Positions 61,830-64,000 of a stretch of DNA of 64,000 nucleotides are shown here, one piece after another. Within the stretch, counting starts at the first letter, position 1, and each line of letters begins with the position of its first letter. Under the pieces are notes generated by a model, which saw only the letters and a program-made list of their open reading frames with translations, had not been told where the DNA came from and ran no database searches. This stretch comes from Candidatus Latescibacterota bacterium (GTDB taxonomy: Bacteria; Latescibacterota; UBA2968; GCA-2709665). Both the position numbers and the translations under genes were made by a program. The stretch lies in the NCBI GenBank assembly GCA_965203805.1, contig OZ241917.1:3168001-3232000 (forward strand), read 5' to 3'.

Positions 61830-62074
61830 GGCTGTCCTCCTGATTCCGGCTGGACATAGGCGACGAAGGTCTCCTCCAAGCCCAGGTCCGTTACATCCAC
61901 GATGCGCCTGCCCTGCGCCTGGATGCGCGCGGCCTGTTGTTCGCCGGTGATTACCGCGGTCTCATGCTCTGTGGGTGCGCTTTCCAGGATGTAACAGGCG
62001 GTCGAAGCCACGAATATCGTGACTACGCCGCTAAAGTTCACTTTCGCCATGAAACCGTTTCCTTTTGAATTCAT
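61826..62074 (-). pseudogene. Chimeric remnant: exported-protein N-terminus fused to an ABC-ATPase-like C-terminus
   Basis: Hydrophobic N-terminus plus TAVITGE, then VTDLGLEETFVAYV; overlaps the permease start (ATGA). Confidence 0.5.
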
Positions 62075-62153
62075 CCTTCCTCAACGGGCCCGGGTGGATC
62101 TAACCTTCAGATTCAGCGTCATTCATATAATTGGACTCGACGGATTGCTTTTC

Positions 62154-64000
62154 CTACATCCTCGGGTTTTCGAAGATGGCCAGGTGGTTGTCCAGAAGGG
62201 CGTATATATGATCGCCCGCCGGGATAAACATATCGCGCCCACGCGGGGCTCCTCCCGTTCGTGGGTCGGATCGAAGAATGCCGGGGCCGAGGCGATAGGT
62301 AAACCGTGTCTTCAACCCGAGTGTCTCTCTACGCTTATACGCGCCGTAGACGGTCTTGCTGTATGTTTGGACCGATTCACCTCTGAGGGCGTAGGCGGAC
62401 TCTCCTTCGATCTTCATCAACGTTGGAAGACGCGTCCACGGGAGGTAGTCGACTTCCACCGGCTTCCCGGGATCGCTGATGTCCACGATCGCAATCTCGC
62501 GCGGAAGGGGTCGTTCGACATATGCCCGATCGTCCTCGACGGTAAGCGGCCCCAATCCGGACGGTGCGGCATGCGCGTACGCATGTTTACCGTGGAATTG
62601 CATCATCCGCTCGAACACCCGTGCAAACTTCGGACCCGCTTTCTCCTGTATCCTTGACAGGCGTTCAGGGACCTCTCCTGAAGCCAGTTGTCGATGGAAT
62701 TCCTGAACCATCGTCTCGTAACGGACAGAACGACCGAATCGACGCAGCGGCGTACGGCTCAAAATTGAGGGGCGACCGGAATCTGCAAGATCCAGAATCA
62801 TGAAATCGTGTCCAAGCGTGAGAAATGCGCGTGGACCCGCAAACTGTATTGCCCACTCGTCGCCCCAGGCATGTTTCACCGCCTCTTCGAGAGTCAATAT
62901 CTGAATTTGTCGCAGCAGGCCATCTTCTTGTATGTCAAAACTGTGCATTTCCACGAATTCATCCCGGATAAGCCCCGCGTACAGATGATTCTCCCATACT
63001 TCCCACCCTACCAGCCGGGGGACGCGCTTCAATAACGGGGTTGGGCCTTTCTCGATCGGATGCAACCGCATCTTCGCCTGCAACCGCGCGCGGTCCGGTT
63101 GGCTGAGGTCGAATATTACGACGCCCGCACTGCCGCGAAATCTGGCCCAGACGTACGCACGCGAGCCGGACAACGCCAACCGTTCGAGGCGCCACCCGCC
63201 CCCGCTGACCCGGCCGATTTGCACGGGCACCGAGACATCCGACACGTCCACGACGCTGAGTTCCCGATCGAGTAATACAACCGCCAGATCATCCTTCAAC
63301 GCCATGTCCATCACTCTTTCCTGGTAGCGCAGGCGTCCCAACGGCCGGTTGTGGGGATGCGGGTGAGGGTGTGGTGATCCAACGTGATCCATTCCGATGA
63401 GGACAACGGCGCAAATCAAAGCGATTCCTCCAAGCACCCACTGGAAGCGCCGTCGCAACTGCTCACTGCATACACGGCAGGACAGTGCCAGAATCCCGCC
63501 GGCCACAAGGACGGCCACCGCGCCCCTGGCAATCAGAAGAGAAGCGTCGAATGCCTTTCGAAGGATTCCGGCGTGGTCGTGCACGCCCACGGAGAACAGG
63601 AGCCTGAAATAGAATGCCACGATGGGCGGCCCCCAGTTCCACGCAATCATTATACATACGTACGCTACCCAGGCGGCGATCAGGCACGTGACCGCAGCCT
63701 TTAGGGGATGGTTGGCAAGTGTCGATACAAGCACGGACAGGGCATAAGGAATCAGGCTGACCAGGAACCATAGAAGTACGGTCCGTCCATACCCAACGTC
63801 AGCCAGAATCTCATCCGGCTGCCAGCTTGGCCACAGGATAAGAGACCGAGGCGGGAAGAAACCCAGTTTATCGATGAAATCTCCATCTATCGCCATATCG
63901 ATGAATACGCCGCCCCAATAAGAAGCCAAGACCACCAGAAGTCCGACAGCGCCCACGATAAATTTCGTCACCAGAATTTTCCACCAGACCAGGGGCCTGC
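62154..64000 (-). CDS. ABC-2 permease-LVIVD fusion paralogue (5' end outside the window)
   Basis: Collinear similarity to 59805-61829 (EILADVG, HPLKAA, AFLTLGHDF, LPREIA, NHLAIFENPR); frame open to the window edge. Confidence 0.8.
   Translation of the reverse strand, partial: RPLVWWKILVTKFIVGAVGLLVVLASYWGGVFIDMAIDGDFIDKLGFFPPRSLILWPSWQPDEILADVGYGRTVLLWFLVSLIPYALSVLVSTLANHPLKAAVTCLIAAWVAYVCIMIAWNWGPPIVAFYFRLLFSVGVHDHAGILRKAFDASLLIARGAVAVLVAGGILALSCRVCSEQLRRRFQWVLGGIALICAVVLIGMDHVGSPHPHPHPHNRPLGRLRYQERVMDMALKDDLAVVLLDRELSVVDVSDVSVPVQIGRVSGGGWRLERLALSGSRAYVWARFRGSAGVVIFDLSQPDRARLQAKMRLHPIEKGPTPLLKRVPRLVGWEVWENHLYAGLIRDEFVEMHSFDIQEDGLLRQIQILTLEEAVKHAWGDEWAIQFAGPRAFLTLGHDFMILDLADSGRPSILSRTPLRRFGRSVRYETMVQEFHRQLASGEVPERLSRIQEKAGPKFARVFERMMQFHGKHAYAHAAPSGLGPLTVEDDRAYVERPLPREIAIVDISDPGKPVEVDYLPWTRLPTLMKIEGESAYALRGESVQTYSKTVYGAYKRRETLGLKTRFTYRLGPGILRSDPRTGGAPRGRDMFIPAGDHIYALLDNHLAIFENPRM

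Overview
High-GC bacterial chromosomal window, standard genetic code (TGA is used as a normal stop). It contains housekeeping genes (partial fabV, guaB, tRNA-Thr(TGT), cysS, ddl, ispDF, queA, dinG, smc), a TPR-ExbB-ExbD-ExbD-TonB-TPR operon, several catabolic clusters, and a variable, more AT-rich right end (50.8-64 kb) with paralogous TlpA-like thioredoxins, ABC-2/LVIVD fusions and gene fragments. The most notable observation is an AbgB/M20D-type amidohydrolase (43075-44397, minus strand). Its conserved metal-binding Cys codon in the GHGCGHN motif is an in-frame TGA, and a SECIS-like hairpin follows directly, so it is a candidate selenoprotein. Other observations: neighbouring DinG, RelA/SpoT and RNase II homologues that each have degenerate catalytic motifs; a ~314-bp mini-island in the tRNA-Thr 3' end; two or three MITE-like repeat families; a structured guaB leader; and an unrecognised ~31-aa repeat in a TlpA-like protein. 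All calls come from reading motifs by eye; no searches were run.
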